From the IMG/VR virus record IMGVR_UViG_3300028138_000010, positions 1-30,146 of that record: a stretch of 30,146 bases of DNA; one strand, given 5' to 3'. The translations under genes and the position numbers were made by a program. A model generated the notes under the pieces. The model saw nothing but the letters and a program-made list of their open reading frames with translations. It was not told the origin of the DNA and ran no database searches. Every line of letters begins with the position of its first letter. Positions within the stretch are counted from its first letter, which is position 1. Source of the stretch: a virus (Duplodnaviria; Caudoviricetes). Positions 1-8,056 of the stretch are shown here, piece by piece.

Positions 1-61
1 GTCATCGAGGTAATTAATTCCTATCGTTTGATAGACCGTTTGAAAGGCTTGGAAAATCAAA

Positions 62-409
62 ATGGCGCGTGGCGGGTATCGCCCTGGTTCGGGACGACGC
101 AAGGGCAGTAAGAACTGGAAGTCTTTAGGCGAGGCTGCGGCTCCGATTGTCGTTCAGCCGGTGCCACAACATGAAATTCCGCCAGGCATGTCGCCGCTTG
201 AATACATGTTGAGCGTAATGCGCGATGGGGATGCGGATTCGGCAAGGCGCGACCGCATGGCGATTGCAGCCGCACCGTTCTGCCACGCGCGGGCCGCGGA
301 CGCGATGCCCGGCAAAAAGGAACGCGAAGCCGAGAAGGCTCGCTTGGCAGTCACCACCCCATCTTCCCAATGGGGCGACGATCTCAACGCGAACGTTCAG
401 CCCAACTAG
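62..409 (+). CDS. terS: Terminase small subunit
   Basis: N-terminal RGGYRPGSGRRKGSKN motif and SPLEYMLSVMRD...RRDRMAIAAAPFCH helical motif typical of small terminases; directly upstream of TerL. Confidence 0.75.
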   Translation: MARGGYRPGSGRRKGSKNWKSLGEAAAPIVVQPVPQHEIPPGMSPLEYMLSVMRDGDADSARRDRMAIAAAPFCHARAADAMPGKKEREAEKARLAVTTPSSQWGDDLNANVQPN

Positions 410-467
410 GTTAGCGCGATGAATCTGGAAGCGACAGCATTGCGCGAGCGATTGTGATGGCCCCTGC

Positions 468-2174
468 TTGATTTGGGACACGAGCCTGCCCGACTGGGAA
501 ACCCGCTTACTTGCCGGCAAGTCTCTAGTTCCCGACTTGCCGTTATTTGAATCGCAGGCGGCGCTTGCGCTTCGCTGCTTCAAAAGGTTGAAGATCCCAG
601 ACGTTATCGGCACGCCGACAATGGAAGTCGCGTGCGGTCCCTGGTTCTTCCCGATTGTCGAGGCGCTGTTCGGATCGCTGGACCCCAAGACCAATCGGCG
701 GCACATCCGCGAGGTCTTTCAGTTAATCCCGAAAGGCAACGCAAAAAGCTCAAACGGTGGCGCAGCTATGCTGACCGCCATCATTGTCAACAAACGTCCG
801 GAAGCCGAGTTCCTGTTCGTTGCGCCGACGATTGAGATTGCGCAGATCGCGTTCAAGCAGGCCAAAGGGACTATCGCACTAGACCCGGAACTGGCGGCGA
901 TCTTTCACATCCAGGATCACATTCGCCGGATCACGCACCGGCATACTCACGCGACGTTGCAAATTAAGGCGTCAGACACCGAGGTCATCACTGGCAGCAA
1001 AGCGCTGGGGACGATGATAGATGAGACGCACGTTTTTACCCAAAAAGGTAGGGCGGCGGAAATCTTCGTGGAGCTTAGGGGCGCTTTGGCCAAGAGGACG
1101 GATGGATTCCTCTGGCAGACGACCACGCAAAGCAAGAGTCCGCCGTCCGGTGTTTTTGCTGCTGAACTTGGACTAGCCCGGCAGGTCCGCGACGGCAAAG
1201 TTAAGATGCCAATCCTTCCGGTGCTTTACGAGCTACCGGATCGGCTGAGCAAGGACGACGGCTGGAAAAACAGAAAATACTGGCCGCTGGTCAACCCGAA
1301 TCTTGGCCGGTCGGTAGACGAACAATTCCTCGAAACCCAACTGACGAAGGCTGAACTTGAGGGGGCGTCGCAGTTAGCACTTATCGCCTCGCAGCACTTT
1401 AATGTGCAGGTTGGCATCTCAATCAAGATTGATGGTTGGGCCGGCGCGCAAGTATGGGAGCGCGGGATCGAAGAGGGCCTCGACTTAGACGAGATTATCC
1501 GCCGGTCTGAGGTCATCACCGTTGGGGTTGATGGTGGTGGACTGGACGACCTCCTCGGCGTTGGTGTGATTGGCCGAGAGCGGGGCACAAAGCGCTGGTT
1601 GGCATGGGGTCACGCACTCATTTCAGACATTGGAATGGACCGCCGCAGGGCTAACGCAGCGCTCTACGATCGCTTTGAGCATGAAGGTTCGCTGACCAAG
1701 TTTATTTACAGGCCGCCAGAAGAGGGGGCGCCGTTTCCGTACAATATCGCTTTTGTTACCGATATTGTGAAGAAGATTTACGATGCGGGATTGCTGGCGC
1801 AAGTCGGAGTGGACGCTGCTGGCATCGGGGCCATTGTCGATGCGTTGGCAGATATCGGCATAACCCAGGATGCAGAAAACCTAGACGCCGTGCGTCAGGG
1901 CATCGCGTTAATGGGTGCCATCAAGACGATGGAAATTAAGCTAGCCGATCACAGCTTTAGGCATGACGGCAGTGGAATGATGAAGTGGTGCGTCGGCAAT
2001 CTGAGGATGCTGCCTACGCGCACGGCGATGATGGTCGCCCGTGACGAATCTGGATACGGCAAAATCGACCCGTTCATGGCGTTAGCTAACGCAGCTCATC
2101 TTATGTGCTTGAATCCGGAAGCTGCCGGGTCTGTTTACACGAAAGACCGGGGTCTACTGGTCTTAGGAATCTAA
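468..2174 (+). CDS. terL: Terminase large subunit (ATPase plus RNase H-like nuclease)
   Basis: Walker A-like IPKGNAKS, Walker B MIDETH, coupling motif TTT, nuclease acidic motifs VGVDGGGLDD and KIDPFMA; 568 aa; TTG start with no clear SD. Confidence 0.95.
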   Translation: MIWDTSLPDWETRLLAGKSLVPDLPLFESQAALALRCFKRLKIPDVIGTPTMEVACGPWFFPIVEALFGSLDPKTNRRHIREVFQLIPKGNAKSSNGGAAMLTAIIVNKRPEAEFLFVAPTIEIAQIAFKQAKGTIALDPELAAIFHIQDHIRRITHRHTHATLQIKASDTEVITGSKALGTMIDETHVFTQKGRAAEIFVELRGALAKRTDGFLWQTTTQSKSPPSGVFAAELGLARQVRDGKVKMPILPVLYELPDRLSKDDGWKNRKYWPLVNPNLGRSVDEQFLETQLTKAELEGASQLALIASQHFNVQVGISIKIDGWAGAQVWERGIEEGLDLDEIIRRSEVITVGVDGGGLDDLLGVGVIGRERGTKRWLAWGHALISDIGMDRRRANAALYDRFEHEGSLTKFIYRPPEEGAPFPYNIAFVTDIVKKIYDAGLLAQVGVDAAGIGAIVDALADIGITQDAENLDAVRQGIALMGAIKTMEIKLADHSFRHDGSGMMKWCVGNLRMLPTRTAMMVARDESGYGKIDPFMALANAAHLMCLNPEAAGSVYTKDRGLLVLGI

Positions 2175-2187
2175 AGGGCGCGATACG

Positions 2188-3525
2188 ATGGGGATTCTGT
2201 CGCGCATTGCTGATTTTATTATTAGCAAGTCCTCTGTCGGTGGATCAATAGATGGTTGGTTTAATGAATTCGGCCGATCTGGGTCGTCCGTAACCGGGAT
2301 CTCCGTTAATCAATATTCAGCGCTGGCGTCGTCGTCTGTTATGGCGGCGACGACAATGCTCGCCGAAGACGTGGCAAAACTGCCATGGACTCTTAGGCGC
2401 AATATTGAGGGTGACGCGCCCCAGGAAGCAAAGGACCATTATCTCTACGATTTGTTACAAGAGCCCAATGAATGGATGAATGGGTTTGAACTACGGGAGA
2501 TGATGCAGGTTGGGCTGATCCTGCGCGGTAACGCCTATGCCTTCATTTTGCGTAACCAGCGCGGTATTCCGGTTGAGTTGATTCCGTGGAACCCCGACCG
2601 CATTCAGCCGTGGTCGTCAGCTAACGGCGATCTGTTCTACCGGCCGACTGCTTATAATGTCCACGAGCAGGCTCTTCTGGAACGGCTGTCTTCGCAGATC
2701 GTGTCTGGCCTGATCCCGGCCGAAGACACCTTTCACATCCGCGGGTTCTCGATTGATGGGCTCGTGGGATTGTCGCGGATCTCTGTGGCGCGCGAGGCTA
2801 TTGCGCTCGGGCTTTCTCAGGAACAGCAGGCCGCCCGTTGGATGGGCCAGGGCGCGCGTCCGTCTGGGATGCTGACCACAGATCAAAAACTGACGAAGGA
2901 TGCCGCCAAGCGACTTTCTGATGATGTCAAAGAAAATCTTTCGGGGCTTCAGAATTCCGGGAAGTTGCTTGTTGCTGAACAGGGCCTGAAGTTCCAGGCC
3001 TTCTCCATGACATCCTCTGACCTGGAATTCATCGCGTCTCGGCAATTTCAGTTGCAAGAGATAGCGCGCATCTTCCGCATCCCGCCGCACATGATGGGCG
3101 AGATGTCGAGAAGCACGAACAACAATATCGCCCAACAGGCACAGGAATACATCAATTACACGCTCACTGGTTACACCGACCGTTGGCGGGCGAAGCTGTC
3201 TCAATGCTTTGCGCTGCGTAAGGACAATTTATCGGTCGAGTTTGACTATCGTGAATTGACAACCGCTGACATGACTTCGCGCATCAATGATTGGCGCACG
3301 CTGATTATGTCGATGGTGGCCAAGCCTGATGAGGCTCGCGTCGATCTCGGCATGCGGCCGGAAGGCGGCGACGCCAACAAATTGTGGTTCCCGTCGAACA
3401 TGGCCGCCGAGGGTAGCCAGTCCACGGGCACGGCACCGGATGGGGCTGGGCGACCGAATGCTGATGCGCCGCCAAACGGGACACAGCCGAGCGCGCAGCC
3501 GCGCGCATTGCGCCAAGTCGTTTAG
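2188..3525 (+). CDS. HK97-family portal protein
   Basis: Motifs LRGNAYAFILRN, FHIRGFSIDGLVGLS, EIARIFRIPP; 445 aa; follows TerL. Confidence 0.95.
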   Translation: MGILSRIADFIISKSSVGGSIDGWFNEFGRSGSSVTGISVNQYSALASSSVMAATTMLAEDVAKLPWTLRRNIEGDAPQEAKDHYLYDLLQEPNEWMNGFELREMMQVGLILRGNAYAFILRNQRGIPVELIPWNPDRIQPWSSANGDLFYRPTAYNVHEQALLERLSSQIVSGLIPAEDTFHIRGFSIDGLVGLSRISVAREAIALGLSQEQQAARWMGQGARPSGMLTTDQKLTKDAAKRLSDDVKENLSGLQNSGKLLVAEQGLKFQAFSMTSSDLEFIASRQFQLQEIARIFRIPPHMMGEMSRSTNNNIAQQAQEYINYTLTGYTDRWRAKLSQCFALRKDNLSVEFDYRELTTADMTSRINDWRTLIMSMVAKPDEARVDLGMRPEGGDANKLWFPSNMAAEGSQSTGTAPDGAGRPNADAPPNGTQPSAQPRALRQVV

Positions 3526-3538
3526 GAGATATTGATCG

Positions 3539-4597
3539 ATGCGGGCTCGTGCATTCCCCGGTAGCGGGTCTGAGGTCGAGGCGCGATATCAGCGCGCCGG
3601 CCAGTGGATACGCGCTACGATCCTCGGTGATTTTGATGCAGCAAACTGGTGCTCTAGGAATGGGGTGCTGCTGATTAAGGCCGCGTCTGAGACCGTTGGC
3701 GGGTCTGGCGGGTTTCTAGTTCCGAAAGAACTGGCGAATGCCATATATGACATTCGAGAGCAGTATGGTGCTTTCCGTCGCCGCGCTCGGATTGAGCCGA
3801 TGGCTTCTGACAGCACGGCAGTGCCACGTAGGTTGGGCAGTACGAGTGCATATTTCACCGCAGAGAGCACGGCGCCGAGTTCAGAGAGCAGCGCGACGTT
3901 CGACGTGATCAACCTCACGGCTAAGAAGGTCGCCGCACTCGTTCGTATCTCCAGCGAAGTTGATGAAGACGCCATTAGCGACATCGTTGATGCGGTTGCC
4001 AACGAAATTGCTTTTGCGTTCGCCGCTAAGGAGGACGACTGCGCATTCAACGGAGACGGAACATCGACTTATGCCCATATGCGCGGCATTGGGACGATCG
4101 TCCTGGATGGAAACCATACCAAAGCGAAGGTTACGGCGGCCTCTGGCCATAACACGTTCCTGACGCTGGATGCGACCGACCTAGCCAATCTCATGGGCTC
4201 GGTGCGTGCAGCCGCAGTTCCGAATGCAGGGTGGTATTGCTCGCAGACGGGCTTTGCGCAGACGTTTTGCCGACTCGCTGGAAGTTCGGGATATCTGTCG
4301 GCCGAAGTCGTGGATGGGATTTACACGCCCTACTACATGGGCTTTCCAGTCATTTTCACCCAAAAACTCCCGCTGTCTTCTAGCAGCCTGACAGGCCAGA
4401 CCATGATGGTCTTTGGCGATATGTACTTAGGGGCAGTGCTTGGTCAACGTCGGGCTATCACGTTGGCTCGGTCGTCGGATCGTTATTTGGACAGTGATCA
4501 GATTGCAGTGCTAGGCACGGAGCGATTCCACGCGGTCGTGCATGACCTCGGCGACAACACTAGCTATGGCGCGCTGGCCGCGCTCGTCGCTCCGTAA
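3539..4597 (+). CDS. HK97-fold capsid protein paralogue with short N-terminal prodomain (candidate minor capsid protein)
   Basis: GGFLVPKEL, KEDDCAFNGDGTSTY, FGD and SSDRYLDSDQIAVLGTERF motifs, collinear with the 6124-7437 protein; AGGAG SD at 3524-3528. Confidence 0.9.
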   Translation: MRARAFPGSGSEVEARYQRAGQWIRATILGDFDAANWCSRNGVLLIKAASETVGGSGGFLVPKELANAIYDIREQYGAFRRRARIEPMASDSTAVPRRLGSTSAYFTAESTAPSSESSATFDVINLTAKKVAALVRISSEVDEDAISDIVDAVANEIAFAFAAKEDDCAFNGDGTSTYAHMRGIGTIVLDGNHTKAKVTAASGHNTFLTLDATDLANLMGSVRAAAVPNAGWYCSQTGFAQTFCRLAGSSGYLSAEVVDGIYTPYYMGFPVIFTQKLPLSSSSLTGQTMMVFGDMYLGAVLGQRRAITLARSSDRYLDSDQIAVLGTERFHAVVHDLGDNTSYGALAALVAP

Positions 4598-4614
4598 CGA
4601 AGGCATTAGCGCAC

Positions 4615-5937
4615 ATGGCTCGAAAGCTCTCGATCGATGAATTCCGCGCCTCCGCTTCGAAAGAAGGGGCTGCGGTGGAAGGGATTGTTCTTCGCTTTGT
4701 CCCGATCGCGGACCCGGAGGTGGCGCAGGATGATAGCCGCACGGTTCGCTTTATCTTTAGTGATGGCACGGTCGATCGTTCTGGTGACAGCATCAACCCA
4801 GACGGGTGGCAAGTTGACTCGTTTATGAAAAACCCCGTCGCGCTGTGGGCACACGACAGCACGTCGATGCCGATTGGGCGGGCGTCAAATATTTCAGTTT
4901 CCGGTGGCAAGCTGCGCGGTGACATTGAGTTTATGCCGCGAGAGATCAACGAACTTGCGGATAATGTTTATCAAGCCGTCAAGGGCGGCTGGTTAAAGGC
5001 CGTCAGCGTTGGATTTGTACCGCTTAATTGGTCCTATTCGAAAGAAAAAGATCGGCCGTTTGGCATTGATTTCAACAAGCAGGAGCTGCTGGAAGTATCA
5101 GTCTGCCCGGTGCCATGCAACCCAAACGCCTTACAAGAAGCGAAGGCGGCGGGCTGCGACATGACTTGGATAAACGAATGGGCGTCGAAGGTTCTTGAGG
5201 AGAACGGCCACGTTGTGGTCGAGCGCAATTTCCTTGAGGAGACGTTCAGGAAAGCCAAGACGCCGCGTTCCGATAGACAGAAATACTTGGCCAAGTCACA
5301 GTCCGAGGAATGGGTAGTCGGGGCATCGCGCGATTTGCCGCTTGATGATGCATCGACATGGGACGGTGCTGCCGCAGCCAAGAGGATGCTTGACGCGGCA
5401 GGCTTTGACGGAGACAGCCCAGATGCGGCCAAGGCCGCCAAGGGGTTCTTGCTTCGCGACAAAGCTAATCCAGACTTGCGCGGGAGCTATAAGCTTCCGT
5501 TTGCTGACATTGTCGGTGGGTCGCTCAAGGCCGTGAAGGCCGGCATCAGCGCGGCGGCGGGACGTCTCAATCAGACTGACGCTCCTTCGTCCGTATTGGA
5601 CGAGGCAAAGTCCGTCATCGATGGCTACGAACAGAAATTCGGCGAAGACAAGGCGGTGGCAGAAGTGCCCATCGTCAAGTCTGGCCGCCGCATCAGTGCC
5701 GCCAACGAGGCGGAACTGCGTAAGGCGATGGATCATCACGAATCTGCGTCTCAGTGCATTAAGAACGTCCTAGCCAGCAACGCTGCTGACGAGGACGGTG
5801 ACGAGCCTGACGGTGGACAGGACGGGGACAGTCAGATGATTGTCGTTGAGCCTCCAATGTCCATGTCCATGGAGATGGATCAGCGGGCAAAGCGCCTAGC
5901 TGAAGCACGAGCGATTAGAGCTTCGCTCAAACACTAA
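4615..5937 (+). CDS. HK97-type prohead maturation protease with long C-terminal extension
   Basis: DRSGDSI, NPVALWAHD (His), AVSVGF (Ser), LLEVSVCPVPCNPNA (Glu) in the first ~175 aa; remaining ~260 aa are non-protease. Confidence 0.93.
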   Translation: MARKLSIDEFRASASKEGAAVEGIVLRFVPIADPEVAQDDSRTVRFIFSDGTVDRSGDSINPDGWQVDSFMKNPVALWAHDSTSMPIGRASNISVSGGKLRGDIEFMPREINELADNVYQAVKGGWLKAVSVGFVPLNWSYSKEKDRPFGIDFNKQELLEVSVCPVPCNPNALQEAKAAGCDMTWINEWASKVLEENGHVVVERNFLEETFRKAKTPRSDRQKYLAKSQSEEWVVGASRDLPLDDASTWDGAAAAKRMLDAAGFDGDSPDAAKAAKGFLLRDKANPDLRGSYKLPFADIVGGSLKAVKAGISAAAGRLNQTDAPSSVLDEAKSVIDGYEQKFGEDKAVAEVPIVKSGRRISAANEAELRKAMDHHESASQCIKNVLASNAADEDGDEPDGGQDGDSQMIVVEPPMSMSMEMDQRAKRLAEARAIRASLKH

Positions 5938-6123
5938 CTATGGGCCACACGCCCAGGGGCCTGCGTATGCAGGCCGATCACTAACTCTTATTTGGAGTCT
6001 CAGTTTTAGTTCGCCTGCCCCGAAACGTCGGGACGGGCGGGCCGCGCATCGCGTCGCTGGCGAGACATGCCGTTTTCCGCGCGCCCCAAGGCAGCGCGCT
6101 CCCAGCACATGAAAGACGATGCG
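5938..6123 (+). promoter_or_regulatory. Multi-hairpin intergenic leader of the major capsid gene
   Basis: TGGGC-CACAC-GCCCA (5941-5955), GGCCTGC-GTAT-GCAGGCC (5958-5975), long imperfect stem 6009-6042 and a GCGCGC...GCGCGC stem near 6079-6099. Confidence 0.45.
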
Positions 6124-7437
6124 ATGAGCAAGAAGTTCGAGCTAAAGCAGGCGCTTGCCAAAGCCGCCGAAGAACTTGAGGCGATGGCGGGCAAATCGGA
6201 AGAAGACGGCTTCTGCGAAGACGTTTATGACGCACTCCGAGCCAAGATCGATGGCCTTCAAACGCAGATCAGCCGCGTAGAGGCTGCGGAAAAGATTGCG
6301 GCCAATCTCGCGCAGCCGGTTCCCGGAAATGATCGGCTGACGCCGCTCGCGCCTCCTAGCGCGCACAAGCTTTACGGCAAGCTGAAGCACTTTGCCGATC
6401 GCGAGATCGAGGGGCGCACTGTTCGCGCGCTCGACCAGGCATACACGGTCGGCCAGTGGTTCAAGGCGACGATCTTCAACAGCGCTCAAGCGCAAGAATG
6501 GTGCAAATCGCGCGGCGTTCCGGTGACGAAGGCGCAGAGCGAAGGCGTAGACTCGGCTGGCGGGTTTCTTGTCCCCGAAGAACTGATGGCCAACATCATC
6601 GTTCTTCGCGAAATGTTTGGCGTCTTTCGGCAGGAATGCCAAGTCATCCCGATGGGGAGCGATTCTCTTAATTGGCCGCGTCGCGTCGGCGGCCTGACCG
6701 CTTACTTCACCGGCGAGAACACGGCCGTCACTGAATCTCAAGCCTCCTGGGACAACATCAACTTGGTGGCCAAGAAGCTTGGCGCACTTACGAGGATGTC
6801 CAACGAAATCTCCGAGGACGCCGTTGTGTCCATCGCGGATTGGCTCGTCGGTGAAATCGCCTATGCCTTCGCGTCGAAGGAAGACGATTGCGGCTGGAAC
6901 GGCGACGGTACGTCTACATATGGCGGCATCCGCGGCGTCTCGCAGATCTTCCAGGACGGCAGCCACACTGCCGGGCAGTATCAGGTCTCGTCGGCCACGT
7001 GGTCCTCGATGGTCATCAAGGACTTCACCGGAGTCATGGGCACTCTGCCGCAATACGCGCTAGCTAATGCCAAATGGTACATGTCCCAGCAGGGCTTCTA
7101 CTCGATCGCTGCGAAGACATTCGCCGAGGCCGGCGGCAATCGTCCCGATACGCTCGCGGGCGACGTGCCGAAGCGCATCCTCGGCTTCCCCGTCGTGTTT
7201 AGCCAGAAACTTCCGGTCACGACTCCTGGCTCCGGTAAGCCGATGTTCTTCTTTGGCGACCTGTCCAAGTCGTCCGCCCTCGGCGAACGCCGCGGAATGA
7301 CGATCAAGCGTTCCGATCATCGATACTTCGATGCGGATCAGATCGGATTGCTCGGCACCGAGCGTTTCGACATCAACAATCACGATCTCGGCGATACGTC
7401 TCTCGCCGGCCCGCTCGTCGCGGCCAAGTCGCCGTAA
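6124..7437 (+). CDS. Major capsid protein, HK97 fold, with N-terminal coiled-coil delta domain
   Basis: Coiled-coil N-terminus (KKFELKQALAKAAEELE), then AQSEGVDSAGGFLVPEEL, KEDDCGWNGDG, FFGDLS, RSDHRYFDADQ; strongly GC3-biased codons. Start chosen at ATG 6124 (6109 or 6067 also in frame). Confidence 0.95.
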   Translation: MSKKFELKQALAKAAEELEAMAGKSEEDGFCEDVYDALRAKIDGLQTQISRVEAAEKIAANLAQPVPGNDRLTPLAPPSAHKLYGKLKHFADREIEGRTVRALDQAYTVGQWFKATIFNSAQAQEWCKSRGVPVTKAQSEGVDSAGGFLVPEELMANIIVLREMFGVFRQECQVIPMGSDSLNWPRRVGGLTAYFTGENTAVTESQASWDNINLVAKKLGALTRMSNEISEDAVVSIADWLVGEIAYAFASKEDDCGWNGDGTSTYGGIRGVSQIFQDGSHTAGQYQVSSATWSSMVIKDFTGVMGTLPQYALANAKWYMSQQGFYSIAAKTFAEAGGNRPDTLAGDVPKRILGFPVVFSQKLPVTTPGSGKPMFFFGDLSKSSALGERRGMTIKRSDHRYFDADQIGLLGTERFDINNHDLGDTSLAGPLVAAKSP

Positions 7438-7467
7438 GCGGCGCTGAACCATCAGCCCTGCCGCGCT
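7438..7467 (+). promoter_or_regulatory. Stem-loop immediately after capsid stop (stabiliser or attenuator; no U-tract)
   Basis: GCGGC-GCTGA-ACCA-TCAGC-CCT-GCCGC inverted repeat. Confidence 0.35.
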
Positions 7468-7505
7468 AGCGGGGCATTCCCAATCGCTTAGAAGGAATCT
7501 GCACA

Positions 7506-7949
7506 ATGTTGTCTCAGCCCAAGATCGTGTTCGCGCTCGATGAAACTTCGACGACGGCCGCCGCGACTGCAACCGCGCGTTTCGACACCCTCGGCTATGA
7601 CCAGTTGTCAATTATGGTCCGTGCCGGGACGGCGAATGTCGTTTCTAACAAGCCGACCGTCCTTAAGCTCCAGGAGGCAGACACCACGGACGCCTCCAAC
7701 CTCGCCAATATTTCCGGATTTGTCGGTGGCACTGACTTCACTATTCCGAACGCCAATACGGCAGCGACCGCGACGCTTCAGAACGACTATCAGTTCAACG
7801 TCGATTGCCGGGCGCGGAAACGGTACATCGTGGTTTCGATCTCTCCAGCGACTACGCAATTGGTCAAGGCTGTGGGGGTGCTTACGCGGGGCGAAGCCGC
7901 TCCGAACACCACGGGCCGAGCCAACGTGATGACGCTTGTGGAAGGTTAA
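7506..7949 (+). CDS. Putative capsid decoration/cement protein (small beta-sandwich)
   Basis: 147 aa, Thr/Ala-rich with alternating beta-strand pattern (FDTLGYD, VLKLQEAD, KRYIVV), directly after MCP with AAGGA SD; call rests on position and composition. Confidence 0.6.
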   Translation: MLSQPKIVFALDETSTTAAATATARFDTLGYDQLSIMVRAGTANVVSNKPTVLKLQEADTTDASNLANISGFVGGTDFTIPNANTAATATLQNDYQFNVDCRARKRYIVVSISPATTQLVKAVGVLTRGEAAPNTTGRANVMTLVEG

Positions 7950-7952
7950 TAC

Positions 7953-8052
7953 CGTTCCCTTTTCCCAGGCCGACACCTGGGAAATCGAACGTCAGCTGCT
8001 GACTAGATGGGGCCGGGTGTCGGCCTGGCCCCATTGCTCCTCCCGACAGAGG
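7953..8052 (+). promoter_or_regulatory. Candidate cis-regulatory RNA: two hairpins with complementary loops (CCGACA/TGTCGG) and a further CCGACA abutting the SD
   Basis: TTTCCCAGG-CCGACA-CCTGGGAAA (7961-7984); ATGGGGCCGGG-TGTCGG-CCTGGCCCCAT (8007-8034); CCGACA-GAGG (8043-8052). Confidence 0.55.
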
Positions 8053-8056
8053 CATA

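Noticed and set aside
3539-4597. Capsid paralogue as pseudogene or assembly duplication
   Set aside because: Intact frame, good SD, conserved motifs and extensive nucleotide divergence from the MCP.
6142-7053. 303-aa minus-strand ORF, and other long antisense ORFs (125-706, 2617-3204, 8600-9226, 9469-10185)
   Set aside because: Shadows of well-supported plus-strand genes in GC-rich DNA; no motifs or SD support.
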